Both the position numbers and the translations under genes were made by a program. From Seison nebaliae (taxonomy: Eukaryota), in NCBI GenBank assembly GCA_023231475.1, contig JALJEE010000145.1, forward strand, positions 1-64,000: DNA of 64,000 nucleotides, in the 5' to 3' direction. The first letter of the stretch is position 1. Every line of letters starts with the position of its first letter. The notes below the pieces were generated by a model. It was given only the letters and a program-made list of their open reading frames with translations. It did no database searches and was not told the origin of the DNA. Positions 47,267 through 60,524 of the stretch are shown here, piece after piece.

Positions 47267-49684
47267 ATGACAGTAGATTCTGGCGCTATTTTATTGGATC
47301 AACAATGCACATTGGCAGGAAAAGTGCATTTGGGAGACGATTGTGTTTTGTGCTCGAATAAGATTCAGTTGTTCGCTTATGGTCAATGTAATCATGTCAT
47401 TTGTCACGTGTGTAGTATGAGAATGAGAATTCTTTATAATAATTCCGATTGTTCGATATGTCGACAGAAATTGAAGAAAGTTTATTCGATATTTTTTTAG
47501 TGTATCTTTCAAATAATTTCTCTTTAAGATTATTATTAATAAAACGGAAAAGCAATTTGATGATTTGAAATTGAGGAATTATGTGAATGATTTAACGATA
47601 GAGAATTTCCGTGGGACGAAGAGAAATGAAGGATTGGAACAACAACTTCATTGCATTTATTTCGAAGATGAAAATTCAAAGAAATTGACAATGGAATTAT
47701 TCGAAATAAATTGTCAGAAATGTGATATGATAAATTTCGATAGTTTGTTCGATCGACGAATGCATATGCATCGAAATCATAATTTACATGAATGTGATAT
47801 TTGTGAGAAATCGGTGAAGGAGTTTCCATTTGAACAACCGTTTTATAGTCGTGAAGAATTGAAGAAACATCGAACGGAAGGAGATAAAAATAGTGCAATG
47901 GCCGGTCATCCGTTATGTGAATATTGTGCCGTTCGATATGTTGACGATAATGAACTTTATCGACATTTGAGATTGGATCATTTCTTCTGTCATTTTTGTG
48001 TCCATGATGGGAAAGAAAGAAATACATATTATCGGTTAATTTATTAAATAATTCTAATTAATAATTATTTATATTAATTTTAGTGGATATTCTGATCTAT
48101 TGGAACATTTTAAGAAGAAACATTTCGTTTGTGAATATGGAGATTGTAAGAATGCACAATTGACGAACGCATTTGTTGACGAGATCGCTTATATTCAACA
48201 TCGAGTCGCTCATCATGGCTTTCAATCACCCAATCTACTTTCAGTAAGTTTATAAAAAATTTTTTTAAAAAAAAATGAAAAATTTTTTTTCAAAAGATCA
48301 TGATCAAAATAAAAATCATCGAAATCGATATCCCATCGGTCAACCACATACTCGACTAAACGTCGATATTGGAGAGGTAGAGAATGAAGATGTTGAACCG
48401 TTTAATATCGAAGATCATCATTTTCCCACGTTGGTTGAAGATACATCGGCAACAACACCAATTAAATGGGCCAATTCAACGTTGGGAAGTCGAAAGAATT
48501 TCCAAAAAACTGAATTTCCTTCATTTGAATCAGAAACAACTACCGATCAAACTACAACGATTAATAAGAAGAAGAAGGATGAATTGAGTTGGATACCGGT
48601 GGATCCGAAAATAAAAAAAATGAAAAATCGACAAAAGAAAAATAAATCGGGAGTAAATACTAATTTGCAATTGAAACAAACGAAGGAAAAACAATGTATG
48701 GAAAACTTGGCAAAATTAGAATCAAACGAATTAAATTTATCCAATAATATTAACGATTATTTTCCGTCATTATCTTTATTTGAAAATCAATCACAACCTC
48801 TACGTCTTCCAGGAGCTTGGGTAACTAGAACAGAACCGACGAAAAAGAAACCGGAAAAAGCTTTCAAGAAAGATCCGAAAAAACTACAAATAGAAGACTT
48901 TCCCTCACTGGAAAGTAGTTCGCCAAATTCAACGAACGGAAAAACTTCAGGAATATGGTCAAATAAAAAAATGTTAAATACGACGATATTGAATAAGATT
49001 GATGATTTGGAAACGGTAACAATAGGTGCTCAACAGACTGCCGAAAAAGAAAAAGAGAAACACATTTCACTTGACAATGTTAATGATTTTCCGTCGTTAA
49101 GTATTGTTGACAAATCAGAGAAGATTGAGAAGAAACAAAAGAAAAAACATAAAGGAGTTAAGAAAGAAGAACTTTTAATAACTTTAGGAGTTATGCCAGC
49201 AACAGGAAAAGCTAATAAGAAAACAAAGTCAAATAAGAATCGAACGAACAAGAAAAAAGTGGAGGAAGAAGTTGATTCAGTGGGCGATATTTTCTGGTCT
49301 AATGACAAATTTGATAAAAGACAAGATCTGATGTTAGAGAAAATGGTCACGTACTTCATCCAGAATAATTTGGATGTTGAAGTGTCAATTCAAAAATTTC
49401 AACAGATGAGCGTCGGATATCTCCATTCAGATATTGACGCACCTCAATACATGGAAGTAGGATTCCTCATATTTCATGACTTTTTTCATGTTTTACTTCC
49501 TGACTTGATCACCCTAATGCCAAACATACCAAAAGCCTCAACTCTTTATGCGAACTGGAAAAATGGAGATTATAAAAAAAGTAAAGCTTACGCCGATTTC
49601 TTTCCCTTGGTTAATAAGTGCACTTCATGTTCTCAATTATTACATCCAAATGACTTGGAGGACCATATGGAATTACATTCATAA
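47267..49684 (+). CDS. ZNF598: E3 ubiquitin ligase ZNF598/Hel2 (ribosome quality control), 4 exons
   Basis: RING CVLC..CNH.ICHVCSMRMR..CSICR, GHPLCEYC, LYRHLRLDHFFCHFC, repeated FPSL motifs, C-terminal C2H2 finger. Confidence 0.92.
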
Positions 49685-50405
49685 ACATTCAATTTGTGAC
49701 ATCTTTCCATTATTTGTCATTTCCCGAAAAGTATTTCTAGCTACCTATCGTTGTTTTATTAATATATTTCATCTATTTATATTATGAACTACTTTTTCAC
49801 ACTTGTCTAATATTCAAGGGAAATTATGAGAAATTTTTTCTTCCTAAAACTTAATCCTACGATAGTTTAAGATATTCTCTATATAAGATTAAGATTATAA
49901 TCGATATTCTCCTATGAGTTTAAGTTCAATTGAATCGAAAAATATTTGGAACGATAATAAAATGACTAAAAATATTTGTGGAATTTACATCTAATTATAA
50001 GAACGAATAAAGATGTCATCAGTATAATCATAAAACAGTCGAAATATCATCAATTCTTTCAAAAATTCAAGGAACGATAAGCTCTTCATTCGTAATTGTA
50101 TCGAGAACTAAATATTTCCTAAAAATAATAATAAATATATGTTTAACAACAACATAGCAAACACAATTTTTAACTACTCCTTTCCTTTTCAATAATATAT
50201 GATAATAATATTTTTCTTTCATTAATAATAAATAGGAATAAAGAGAAGTTAAGAAGGTAGAAGATAATCATTTTTGTATGGTTATCTGATGTTATATGTT
50301 GTATTTTACATCTGACAAAGTTTTTAAAATTATAAGCTTTTTGAATAAGTGATCCATCAATTATTGAACATCTTACCAATCCAAAGGAGATTAAGTAGGA
50401 GAATA

Positions 50406-53000
50406 ATGAATGATTTTGATTCGTATAAACAAACGGCACTTGGACCAAATGGTCGAGATGAAATGAAGAGGAATTATTATGAGAACAACCAGACTTCAAT
50501 TTCAGTAAATCGATTTCCACAGAGTCAACCATCTGATGAGAAGAAAGATCAAATGAGAAGAAAGAATGCATTGAATGTGCATGAATTGGAAGAATATAAT
50601 CGATACATGAAAGATTTCTCTCAATTATTCGAATACAGTTCTATCCATTTAGGTCTGATTCGAATGCATAAATTCATTTGGAATTATGCTTTTATTCAAA
50701 TTGTCGAATCATTTCTTCCCGTTATCGAACGACGACATATTATGGAAGAGATGCGACGATTAAATGTCGCTGTCCGTTTCAAAACGATCCAGTCTGATAA
50801 TTTAGAAATGAGAGTTGTCGATCGATGTTCAATAACGAATAGTGAATATGTTTCGATGGTTTTGTTCGATCCTGATGGTATGGTATTAAATCCACGGAAA
50901 CATTTCCATTTGGATGTCTTCGCCACAAAAGATTTCTCCAAATCGAAAGTTATCGAAGCATTATTTATTGTGGTGAAAGAAGTGGAGAAATTTCTTCGAC
51001 TCATTTTATCCGATTCGAATGAATTGATCGAATTGAATCGAACCTTCTCTCGTCCACTCGTCGTTTCCAACTCCGCATCATTAGAAGATGTTTTATCTAA
51101 CAATTTTAGTGAGTTCACAGCAAATCATCGTCGAATGAAAAAAACGATTTATAAGAATACTCATTATGTGAAGAATAACGAGAATGAAGATGAGAAAGAT
51201 GTAGATCCATCGAAAAACGACGAAAAACAAAATTATGGAATAATTAATGATTCTCTTATGAAATTGACGGAAAAAGAAGAACGGAGACTTCGTCGTATTT
51301 CTGATATGAATGATTTAAATACGTTAGATCGATTGAAAGGAAAAGATCGAACGAAAATTATTCTCCATCGATTTCCTTCATGGAAATTGCCAAGACAAAC
51401 GATTATTCATCTACTTTCCACTGATGACAATGAAATGGATCTAATGAACAATCAACTTTCAGATTATACTAAATTGGATGTTAATGATGATTTTGAATTA
51501 TCTGGAAATTTTTGCGCATTCACTTTCGCTCATTTAATGGAAATTAGTCGGACTCATGTCAAATCATCTTCTCAACAGAAACCGTTAGACGATCAGTCGT
51601 CCGAACGAATAATTATGGAATCGATTCCCAGTGAATTGCAATTATTGAATGAATTTGGTAAGACTATATATCATTCAATTGTTGGTAGTAGTGGTGATGA
51701 AGGAAAAGAGGAAGAAGTGAGAGATGATCTCAAAAAATTCAATCGATTATTATGTCGATTACTTCGATTATATCGATCATATGAGAATCGAATGTATTAT
51801 TTAGATGAAAAACGTGACGATCTTCTAAATGAAGCAAAATTATTATTAGAACGATATAAATCAATTTTGGAAGGTTGTGGGAAATTCCAACGATTTTATG
51901 AAACGAATATGACGAACAAATCATCGCCAGTGAACAATAATTCAAATATCGTAGCAATATCGAAAGAATTTGAATCATCTAATTTAGTGAATGTTCCCAC
52001 AACTACTTTATCTTCTGATCCGTTATCATTGATCAATTTGAATGCGAACAGAATCACCACCACATTATCTCAGAGGAAAAATCAATTCAATTCAACTAGT
52101 AAAGATCCGGTTCCATATCGATTTAAACAAGAACCTGAATTTAAATTACCGATAAGAATGGAAGAATCGAATCAGATTCCTTCAAATTTATCACAAAATT
52201 TTAATATAAATCCTACAATTGATCAGAAGGAAACGGATCAATTTAAAAATGAATTTCCATATATTAAAACGGAAAATGTATTGGAAGTATCACAAGAACA
52301 ATCGTCAATTTATAAACCATCATCCTTACCACATTACACTTATTCCACACAATCAATTCCCACTTTATATTCCTCAATTTCAACCACACAACATCCATCA
52401 TATCTCCAACAGAATTCGTCAATTAATCAACAATTACCAGCGACTAATTATCCGATAAAAGTGTCATCATCGAATTATGTTCAAGAACAGAATCATGTTC
52501 AATGGCCAACATTTTATCGTCCTCCATCAACACAAATTTTAACTTATCCATCTAACACACTTCAACAATCAGCCGAATCATTTAATCTTCCACCGTCATC
52601 TGTTACTACAACGAGTTCAATGAATTATTTGACTTTACCACCTCCTAATCAGACATTTATCACTTCTCTTAATTCACAACAATCCCCGTCGTTATTACCA
52701 TCACCATTAATTCAACAACGACCAATGCCTTATTATATTCGTCAACCACCACCACAAACTTCGACTACCATTTATCAACAAACAAATCAACCTCGTTCTA
52801 TTTCCCATTCACAGAACGTTCCACGTCAACCACCTCCAAATATTCAATATCCGAATAATCTTCAACAAATTCTAAACACTCAATTTCCACCACCTCAACG
52901 ACAACCACAATCACAATATCAATCACCTAATAAATATGCTCCGACCGAATCTCCAAACCAATTAAATCGATTAGTCAATAATAATAATTATTATAATTAA
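50406..53000 (+). CDS. Large hypothetical protein (~865 aa) with a Q/P/S/N-rich C-terminus, intronless
   Basis: 2.6-kb uninterrupted ORF; no recognised domain. Confidence 0.75.
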   Translation: MNDFDSYKQTALGPNGRDEMKRNYYENNQTSISVNRFPQSQPSDEKKDQMRRKNALNVHELEEYNRYMKDFSQLFEYSSIHLGLIRMHKFIWNYAFIQIVESFLPVIERRHIMEEMRRLNVAVRFKTIQSDNLEMRVVDRCSITNSEYVSMVLFDPDGMVLNPRKHFHLDVFATKDFSKSKVIEALFIVVKEVEKFLRLILSDSNELIELNRTFSRPLVVSNSASLEDVLSNNFSEFTANHRRMKKTIYKNTHYVKNNENEDEKDVDPSKNDEKQNYGIINDSLMKLTEKEERRLRRISDMNDLNTLDRLKGKDRTKIILHRFPSWKLPRQTIIHLLSTDDNEMDLMNNQLSDYTKLDVNDDFELSGNFCAFTFAHLMEISRTHVKSSSQQKPLDDQSSERIIMESIPSELQLLNEFGKTIYHSIVGSSGDEGKEEEVRDDLKKFNRLLCRLLRLYRSYENRMYYLDEKRDDLLNEAKLLLERYKSILEGCGKFQRFYETNMTNKSSPVNNNSNIVAISKEFESSNLVNVPTTTLSSDPLSLINLNANRITTTLSQRKNQFNSTSKDPVPYRFKQEPEFKLPIRMEESNQIPSNLSQNFNINPTIDQKETDQFKNEFPYIKTENVLEVSQEQSSIYKPSSLPHYTYSTQSIPTLYSSISTTQHPSYLQQNSSINQQLPATNYPIKVSSSNYVQEQNHVQWPTFYRPPSTQILTYPSNTLQQSAESFNLPPSSVTTTSSMNYLTLPPPNQTFITSLNSQQSPSLLPSPLIQQRPMPYYIRQPPPQTSTTIYQQTNQPRSISHSQNVPRQPPPNIQYPNNLQQILNTQFPPPQRQPQSQYQSPNKYAPTESPNQLNRLVNNNNYYN

Positions 53001-53170
53001 CAATTATCAAATGTTTCACATTAATTTCCGAATATTTTCTTTCTCATATCATTTAATGTTTTCTAAATTGAATTTCCCATTAATTCTTACTAATCAAAAT
53101 AAAAAATCATTTCTCAAAAAATTTCATTTTCTTTTCTTTCTAACAGAAATTTATTCTTCTTCCTTAACAG

Positions 53171-53653
53171 ATGACGAATGAATCGGTTGATCATTTATGG
53201 AAAGTTAATAATTCATCTTCCATCGTTTTCCTACTTTCGTCCGTTGATACTGGTAAGAAATTGTTGTTGTTATTGGATGATGAATTTGTGTATGAAACAG
53301 AATCGTTTACTAATTTCCATCATTCATTAGTCTCCACCAATCACTGGAATCGAAATGTAACAGATTCTAAAGAAATTGTCCTTCTCACTTATTCGACGGA
53401 TACATTTCAATTTCATAAAGTGAAAGAAAGAAATGATCGACGAATTCAATCTTTATTAATCGAGTACAGTCTCTTTATTCAAAAACGGATTGATGCTCAT
53501 AATTATTATTTGTCTGAACAAGTACAATCATCTACGGAAAGCACAAAAGCGAAAGTGTCGAAGAATCAGCCCGTTATTCTTAATCGTTCATCAAAAAAAC
53601 AACAAAATATTGGAATCGAATTTGGTGATGATGATGATGATGATGATGAGTAA
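53171..53653 (+). CDS. Hypothetical protein, 160 aa, acidic tail
   Basis: ATG directly after a pyrimidine tract and TAACAG; no recognised family. Confidence 0.55.
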   Translation: MTNESVDHLWKVNNSSSIVFLLSSVDTGKKLLLLLDDEFVYETESFTNFHHSLVSTNHWNRNVTDSKEIVLLTYSTDTFQFHKVKERNDRRIQSLLIEYSLFIQKRIDAHNYYLSEQVQSSTESTKAKVSKNQPVILNRSSKKQQNIGIEFGDDDDDDDE

Positions 53654-53768
53654 AGATATGTGAAATTTTAATTTAAAAAAATTTTATTCCCATTCCATAA
53701 TTATTTCTTCTTATTTTCTTTATTTGTGTTCGTTTGAAGATATTTTTAGTTTTTATTAGTTTAATACG

Positions 53769-56700
53769 ATGACTGTGAATTTCAGAGAGAGGAGAAATGA
53801 TTCTCTCAAATATTTGCATGTGATCGACGAGAATTATTATCTGATCCAAGAAACGGATCGATTGTTCTTCACCACTCGAGGTTCCTCCCAATCATTCTCA
53901 TCGTTTCTATTCATTTCTCATGGAGAATAGAAGGACAATATGATCGATTGACGAATAACTCTTTCGAATTTCCAGAAGTTTTCTTTCCATTTTAATCTAA
54001 TTATATTTTCATAATTTCTCTTCTTATTTTATTCGATTTTTATCATTCTTCCAGTGGAATGTTCATAATATGAAACGAGAACGAATTTCCATTCATTCCG
54101 ATAAATCGATAGTTGCAGTAGCCAAGCCGAGAAATATCATATTTCTAAGAAGAACAAATCAGAGAACGTTTGTTAAACTTCATATTATGTAAGTAGTCAA
54201 TTCACTTCTAGAATTGACATGAAAGGAGAAATTCTCGTTTCTAATTCACAAAATGTCAATGACGTCGAAATACATTTCCATCCGGTGAAATCTCATTTGG
54301 TATAATTTTTAGTAACAAAAAATATTTTTTAATTTTCTTTAGTTGTGTTTTATGAATAATCGAAGTTTGTCCATTCTCGACTTCAATTTGGCGATGTCTT
54401 CCTCTTCCTCCTATTCTATGAATTATGTCAATCAATATATCGATGATTTCCGAAGTGCCGTTTGGCATTCAGATAATTCACTTCTCGTCAGTTATGGAAA
54501 GGAGATGATGAGTATTTTAGATTTACGAGAACGATGTTTTAATATTTTTCTTTTGATATACATTTTTATTCTTTTCCAATTAAAGATCATCGGACGAGTG
54601 AAAGTGTAACTGATAATCATTTGTGTACTTTGAGATTGAAGAAATACAATTCGAATACATCAACTTTCATTTCAACATGTGAATGTGAGAGTAATGTTTG
54701 GCGATTGTGGGACATTCGTCAACTCACCAAACCAATATATTGTCATTCGATGGAGAATCATCGAATTCTCGATATTCAATGGAATTCCATTGTCGAGTTT
54801 ATTTTAGTTTTATTTCATTTCTCTTTCTATAATTTAATCGTTCAGATCCAATTTATTTGCAACATTATATTCTCCCAATAATTCAAATGGCAGTAACAAA
54901 TTACATTTATTTTCAGTTGAACGAATTAATTTATTTAATGAAAATGATCGATTCCCTTCCGTCGATATTCAACCCTCTACCATTTTCGGTTTGAATTCCT
55001 TTCCAAAATTTATTTTTCAACTTTTTAATTTTTCGTAGAAGATCAAAATGGAGCGGAAATCTGTTCGTTCGAATGGTGTTCCACTAAAACGAATAAAGAA
55101 TTAAATTTATTGAAATTAACTCAAAAAGATGAGATTGTCGTCACACCTACTTCGTCAACGTCTTCATCAGATCAACAAGATTATTTAATGGATCAGCCAG
55201 TGAGACATAAACGATCCGTTCACCATATCGAACGATATTCCGTCGCTGATAAATTGATATTTGTTTTCTCTTTTAAAATTCAATTAATTTCTTGATATTC
55301 CTCATTTCATGGAATGATTTCAGGGAATTCGTCGAGATATGTTATTTTGGTTGAATGGGAAGAATGTAAATATTTTTGTGAACAAGACACCATATAATGC
55401 TTTGCAAGCTATGAAAGATAAGAAATTATCTTCCACCGGTTTCACTACAAGTTTATTTTAAAAATTTTTAAATTTCGTAAAATTTTAAAATATTTCTCAT
55501 CAGCAACTGACGTCAATTTGAATATTACGAAATATCAAACAGATTTTTTCGCTTTAGAGTCCATCGATCTCATTTTCCGTGCCAGTAAATTATATGGTAT
55601 TAAAGTTAATTTAACAACATTTTTTCAAATTAACTTTTAAAATATCTTATTGATATTTGATATTGATTATAGGCAATTGACGATTGTTGTGAAATGGTAC
55701 AAGGAAATACGGAATTGTTTTTCGCTTGGGATATTTTCCGAAAAGACATTAATGTGTCTCATCCGTTTTTCTTTGGAATTTCTGACGTTCCAGAAGAATT
55801 CAGTTAGCAGAATTTATTTCTAAATTATAATATGATATTTTTTTTAGATTTCCAATTTGGTGATGAGATATTCCGTCATATATGGAAAACAACAAAACGA
55901 ATTCCTTCAGTGAGAACTTATATTCCTGGGAAAAGTAATTTGATGAGAGATGATTCGGATACTTCGAAAGATGATGATAATGAGAAAAAGATAAAGTTTA
56001 AAATTATCAAATAATTTTATCGTTTTATTTTAATTATTTAGTAAAAAATCGACAATGAGAAAAATTTATGTGGAGATATGTCAAGTGAGTGAGAAGAAGC
56101 AGTTCGATTAATTTTCCTAATTTCAAATGATATTTTATTGACTAATTTAGACGAGAAGATATTGACGTCCGATTTGCCACATATGTTTTCTCACTCGATA
56201 TGTCTAGTGCTTTAGTTCTCGGTTGATTTCTTTCTTCAAATTTTCTATGTTCAATTTCTCGTTCAATTTAGATACGAAACTTTCCATCGAATGTGAATTG
56301 ATGAAGATAATAATTCTTAATTATTTAGTAATCGTTGACAAGAAACAAGCAGAAAATGAAGAAGATTTCATTCTTAGTACTAAACCATGTAAAATCAATG
56401 CACAACAATATCGATGGCAATTCGATGCAATACAAGTGTTGTATCATCCTTATTTACCTATCAATCGATCTAATCTTCAATCTGGATCATCATCAACAAC
56501 CACACCTCTTCGAAGTAAACAATTTTCTTTCATAGAACATAATTTTTCGAGACAACGAACAGATCGTAGTAATGAAAGAGATCGAAAACGAAATAATTTG
56601 ATCGATAAAACAAGCGAGAAAATGACAAAGATAACAGAAGAACCGGATGATGATATTCCATTCACTTATCATCATTGTGTCGACACTTCGAATCAATATG

Positions 56701-58243
56701 AAGAACGACAACAACAAAAATTTCATTCATCATATGTTCGAAATGTTATACTCTTCCTCTCATATATGTTGAGACAAGCCGTTAAACCTATAGAAGAGCA
56801 AGAAGAGAAAAAATTGATCGGAATATTTCAGACGATTTTTTCCGAGTTAATTGCATTCGGATGTTACGAACCGGAATATTTCGAGAATGGAAGAAATTCA
56901 ATTAAATTGAGTGATAACGAGCGAGAAGTTTGTCGGAAATTTAAACATATTTACAATGAAGAGATTAGTCAATACGGACGGATTTGTTTATTCCTTTCTC
57001 AATTAATTCATCTGATTCATATGAAACGAACGAAATCTTTGAATTTCCTTCAAGATCTATTGAATTCTATCGAACGAGATTTAGGCGCAATTGATGTGGG
57101 ACTTGTTGCACTAACTATTTTCCTTAGTCTTCCTATTATTGTTTATGATGATAATTTGTCGTTGATCGACAGAATTCCTTTAGCCTTCACTTATTTGCCA
57201 AGTAATGTGTTGAAAAATTTCATTCACGACCAACAAATATTGAATCAATTGGATGGGAATCTTATTGGACTCATTTTTAGTGGAATGAACGAACAATATT
57301 TTCTTCCTTTAGCACAATCTTATATCGATCGTACAGGAGATGTACAAACAATTATCTACTTAACTGTCAGATCGAAGAAATGGAATTTAATAAAACATCG
57401 TCTCTCCCAACAATGGATCTCTCAATATCGTCAATTCCTCAATTTGAATAAGTGTTGGAAGGAGAGATGTCTCTTCGATGTTTGGCGTAATAATCTTATT
57501 CGATGTGTCGCCGCTTCTACTTTACAATCGACATCAGAAAAGAATGACAATAATGCATCTACCATCGCTACTACTTTAGGGCTTGCACACCAATTGGAGA
57601 ACTATCTCCCAACGGACACCACTTCCACAGAACATCGTCCCACTGTTCTTTGTAATTTCTGTTCTAGGCCGATTTCTTTGTTAGGTTATCGCAAAACTCA
57701 GTGGGACAAAATGACTATTTTCAAACACTTCACCAAACATGGAAGACGAATGGATCATTTCGATCAATCCGTCAATCTCCCATCTTCCAAAGTCGGTCGA
57801 GTTAATGCTGCTCTTTGCCCTCATTGTCAAAACTCATTACCACGTTGTTCAATTTGTTATTTACATCTCGGTTCTTTAAGTTCTACTGACAATTCCAACC
57901 AAAGTTTATTTATTCGTTTAATAATTAATTCAAAATTATTTTTTTATAGATTTGAGGTCACAAATGGATAATGGTGTTATTAGTGAATTGCATGGAACAT
58001 TGAACGATAGTGGTTATCTTCCTATTGATGCTTGGTTTACTTGGTGTCAAACCTGTTTGCATGGCGGACATTATTCCCATATCGATGAATGGTTTAAGTT
58101 AGTTTTTTCATTTCCGATATTTGTTTTTAAGTTTTAAATAATTCGAATTTATCTTTCTGCTTTTCAGGAAACATGAACAATGTCCAGTTTTAGATTGTAA
58201 ATGTACTTGTCGTATCATGGAATCATCAGATTATGACGTGTAA
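53769..58243 (+). CDS. MIOS: GATOR2 subunit MIOS (WD40, solenoid and Zn/RING domains), ~17 exons
   Basis: WD-like LWDIRQ, QSYIDRTGDVQT, CNFC, CPHC.NSLPRCSIC, WFTWCQTCLHGGH..HI.EWF..H..CPV.DC.CTC; 16 short introns reconstructed in frame. Confidence 0.9.
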
Positions 58244-58478
58244 AAAGGATAATGCACAAAATGTGCACAAAATATGCAAAGTTCTAGTGACAATTTTTTC
58301 TTTCAAATTTTTTAATAAATTAATCACCGAGTATTTTATTCACGTACTCTGCGTTTTATTCTATAACCTATAAGATTTCTAAAACTATAAATTTTTCTGA
58401 GAAGAATTCTCAAATGAAATAAAATTAGTAAAGTGTAAAAGGAGAAATGTGAATTTATTTGATGAAAAGTGAAATTAA

Positions 58479-58949
58479 TTAAGTTTTTTTCCCAAGGAAT
58501 TTGTGATTGAATTTTCGATAGAGGAAACGTTTCCGTCGAAGAAGGGAAAAAAGGAGATTGGGTCTCTGAGCAGCGAGAATTCCTCGCTCGTAATTTAATC
58601 TTCTGGTTATTCGTTCCATTTCATTTCCTTTGAATCCTCTAAGCCATGGTGGCGCTTTTATCAAACTATCTAATCGAATGTTCCATTCTGGATTTCCGAG
58701 AATGTCGATATAATCATTTTGACCGAATATCACTTTATTTTTTGACCAAGCATCGTTCGCTATATATGGTGGCAATAAAAGAGGTGTATTGGATTTGGGA
58801 CGAGGAAGAGGTCCGCCTTGATAATATTTCGGTTGGAAACCTTTATTTAACAAATACTTCCCAGGAATTCGACCTGGACGATAATATTGAAGATATGATG
58901 TTTGTGAGAAAGCTCGACGAAAGAAATTTCCAATCAAATTATTTTTCAT
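58479..58949 (-). CDS. MRPL51: Mitochondrial ribosomal protein L51
   Basis: GPLPR, FGQNDYIDILGN, PWLRGFKGNE, FLYRKFN. Confidence 0.92.
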   Translation of the reverse strand: MKNNLIGNFFRRAFSQTSYLQYYRPGRIPGKYLLNKGFQPKYYQGGPLPRPKSNTPLLLPPYIANDAWSKNKVIFGQNDYIDILGNPEWNIRLDSLIKAPPWLRGFKGNEMERITRRLNYERGILAAQRPNLLFSLLRRKRFLYRKFNHKFLGKKT

Positions 58950-59338
58950 ATTCGAAATTTGGAAAACCAAATTTTTGAAATTAAATTGCTCTCAATTAAT
59001 TTTGGACCCACTTCATTAAATTATGATGGAATAAAGATTATTAAAATGTTTAGCTCGAATTGAAGGATGGAATTTCTTGCAATCATAATCAGTCTGAAAT
59101 TAATTGTCATGATAGTTTCTGAGTTACTGAACTATTTTTTCACAATTGTTGATTATTTCACTCTCTTAACATATTTCTGTGGGAGTAACTCACGTTCACT
59201 CAAATGTCAATAAATATCAAAGATCACGTGAATTTCCATTTTCATACTGTTGAATAAGTTGGACGAATTGACACCTCAATAAAATAATGAATTTGATGTT
59301 TGTATAGATCGTTCGTAACTTCTCTAATTTATGAAAAT

Positions 59339-60477
59339 ATGAAGATTGATCTGTTGATGATTTTGGTAACAATTTCCATCGTCCAATGTGATAGATGGCC
59401 AGTTCCTTATCAGTTTATCTTTAATATTTCTTACTTAATTCATTTTTAATTGATTAATTATCTTCAAATTACTAATATTAATAAAATTGAAGACGATATG
59501 AGTCACGTCCAACAAATGATCCATATTGTCAAGCTGGAGTAATTCCATTCTGTCCGGATCGTGCACAATATCTGCCGATTGCATCGAACGAAGATGAAAT
59601 TGACATTTTTGCTTTAAAGAAACCAGTTTGGCAATTTAAATTTGGTGATTTACTAGGAAAATTGGTTGGAGATAATTTTCATTTTCTATTTTGATCATTA
59701 TTATATTTACTTATATTACTTACATTTATTTAGAATATTATTCATGATGCTATTGGATTCTATAATCGAAGAACGAAACTTAATTATACAATGGAATGGT
59801 ATGAATTAGATCAAATATTCAATTGTACTTTCGCTCATACTCGAGAAGATTCGAATATTACTTGGTGCAATCAAGGTGCACTTTGTCTCTATGACGGAAT
59901 AGATGATGACATCTGGTTAAATACCACATATGGAGTACTAAAGAATATTGGAAGAATTAATGGAAAAGGATTCAATCAATTCCTCAATTGGACCACAAAT
60001 GATAATCGAACTGGTCCTTTCTATTTTGGATGGACAAATCTCAATTCGTCAGATGACAAGAGTCCAACTACTCAGACATTCTTCGAAGCATTCGATTGTG
60101 CCAGTTATGTATTAAGAGCTTTAAAAAATCTTCGTCGATTTGGTGCACAATTCGAACCATCTTCATTCAATTATACTTTAATGCACATTTATTCGAAAGA
60201 ACCAAAATATTTAGATTTGCATGAAAACATATTTGGACCGACATCAATAAACAAACAATTGATGAATTCAATTTGGGACTTTTATTACATTTTCCGTCCT
60301 TTACACCTCCCACTCGAACGAATGAATGATTCTTTATTTGAAAGAATTATGAAAATTCTCAAGCAAATCATTATGAAGAAAACTTTCTTTATCTACTTTA
60401 ATGATGCTTATTGGCATCTGAATTTGACGGAACCATATTTCGATTTTAAATTCAAACTAATTCCATTACCAATTTAA
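59339..60477 (+). CDS. CLN5: Lysosomal CLN5 protein, 3 exons
   Basis: Signal peptide, WPVPY, RP..DPYCQ..FCP, HDAIGF, NYTMEWYEL, WCNQGA.C.YDGIDD, FDCASYVLR. Confidence 0.92.
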
Positions 60478-60524
60478 CTAGAATTGATAAGGAAAATAAA
60501 ATTTCTTTTAAAATAGAGCTTCTT

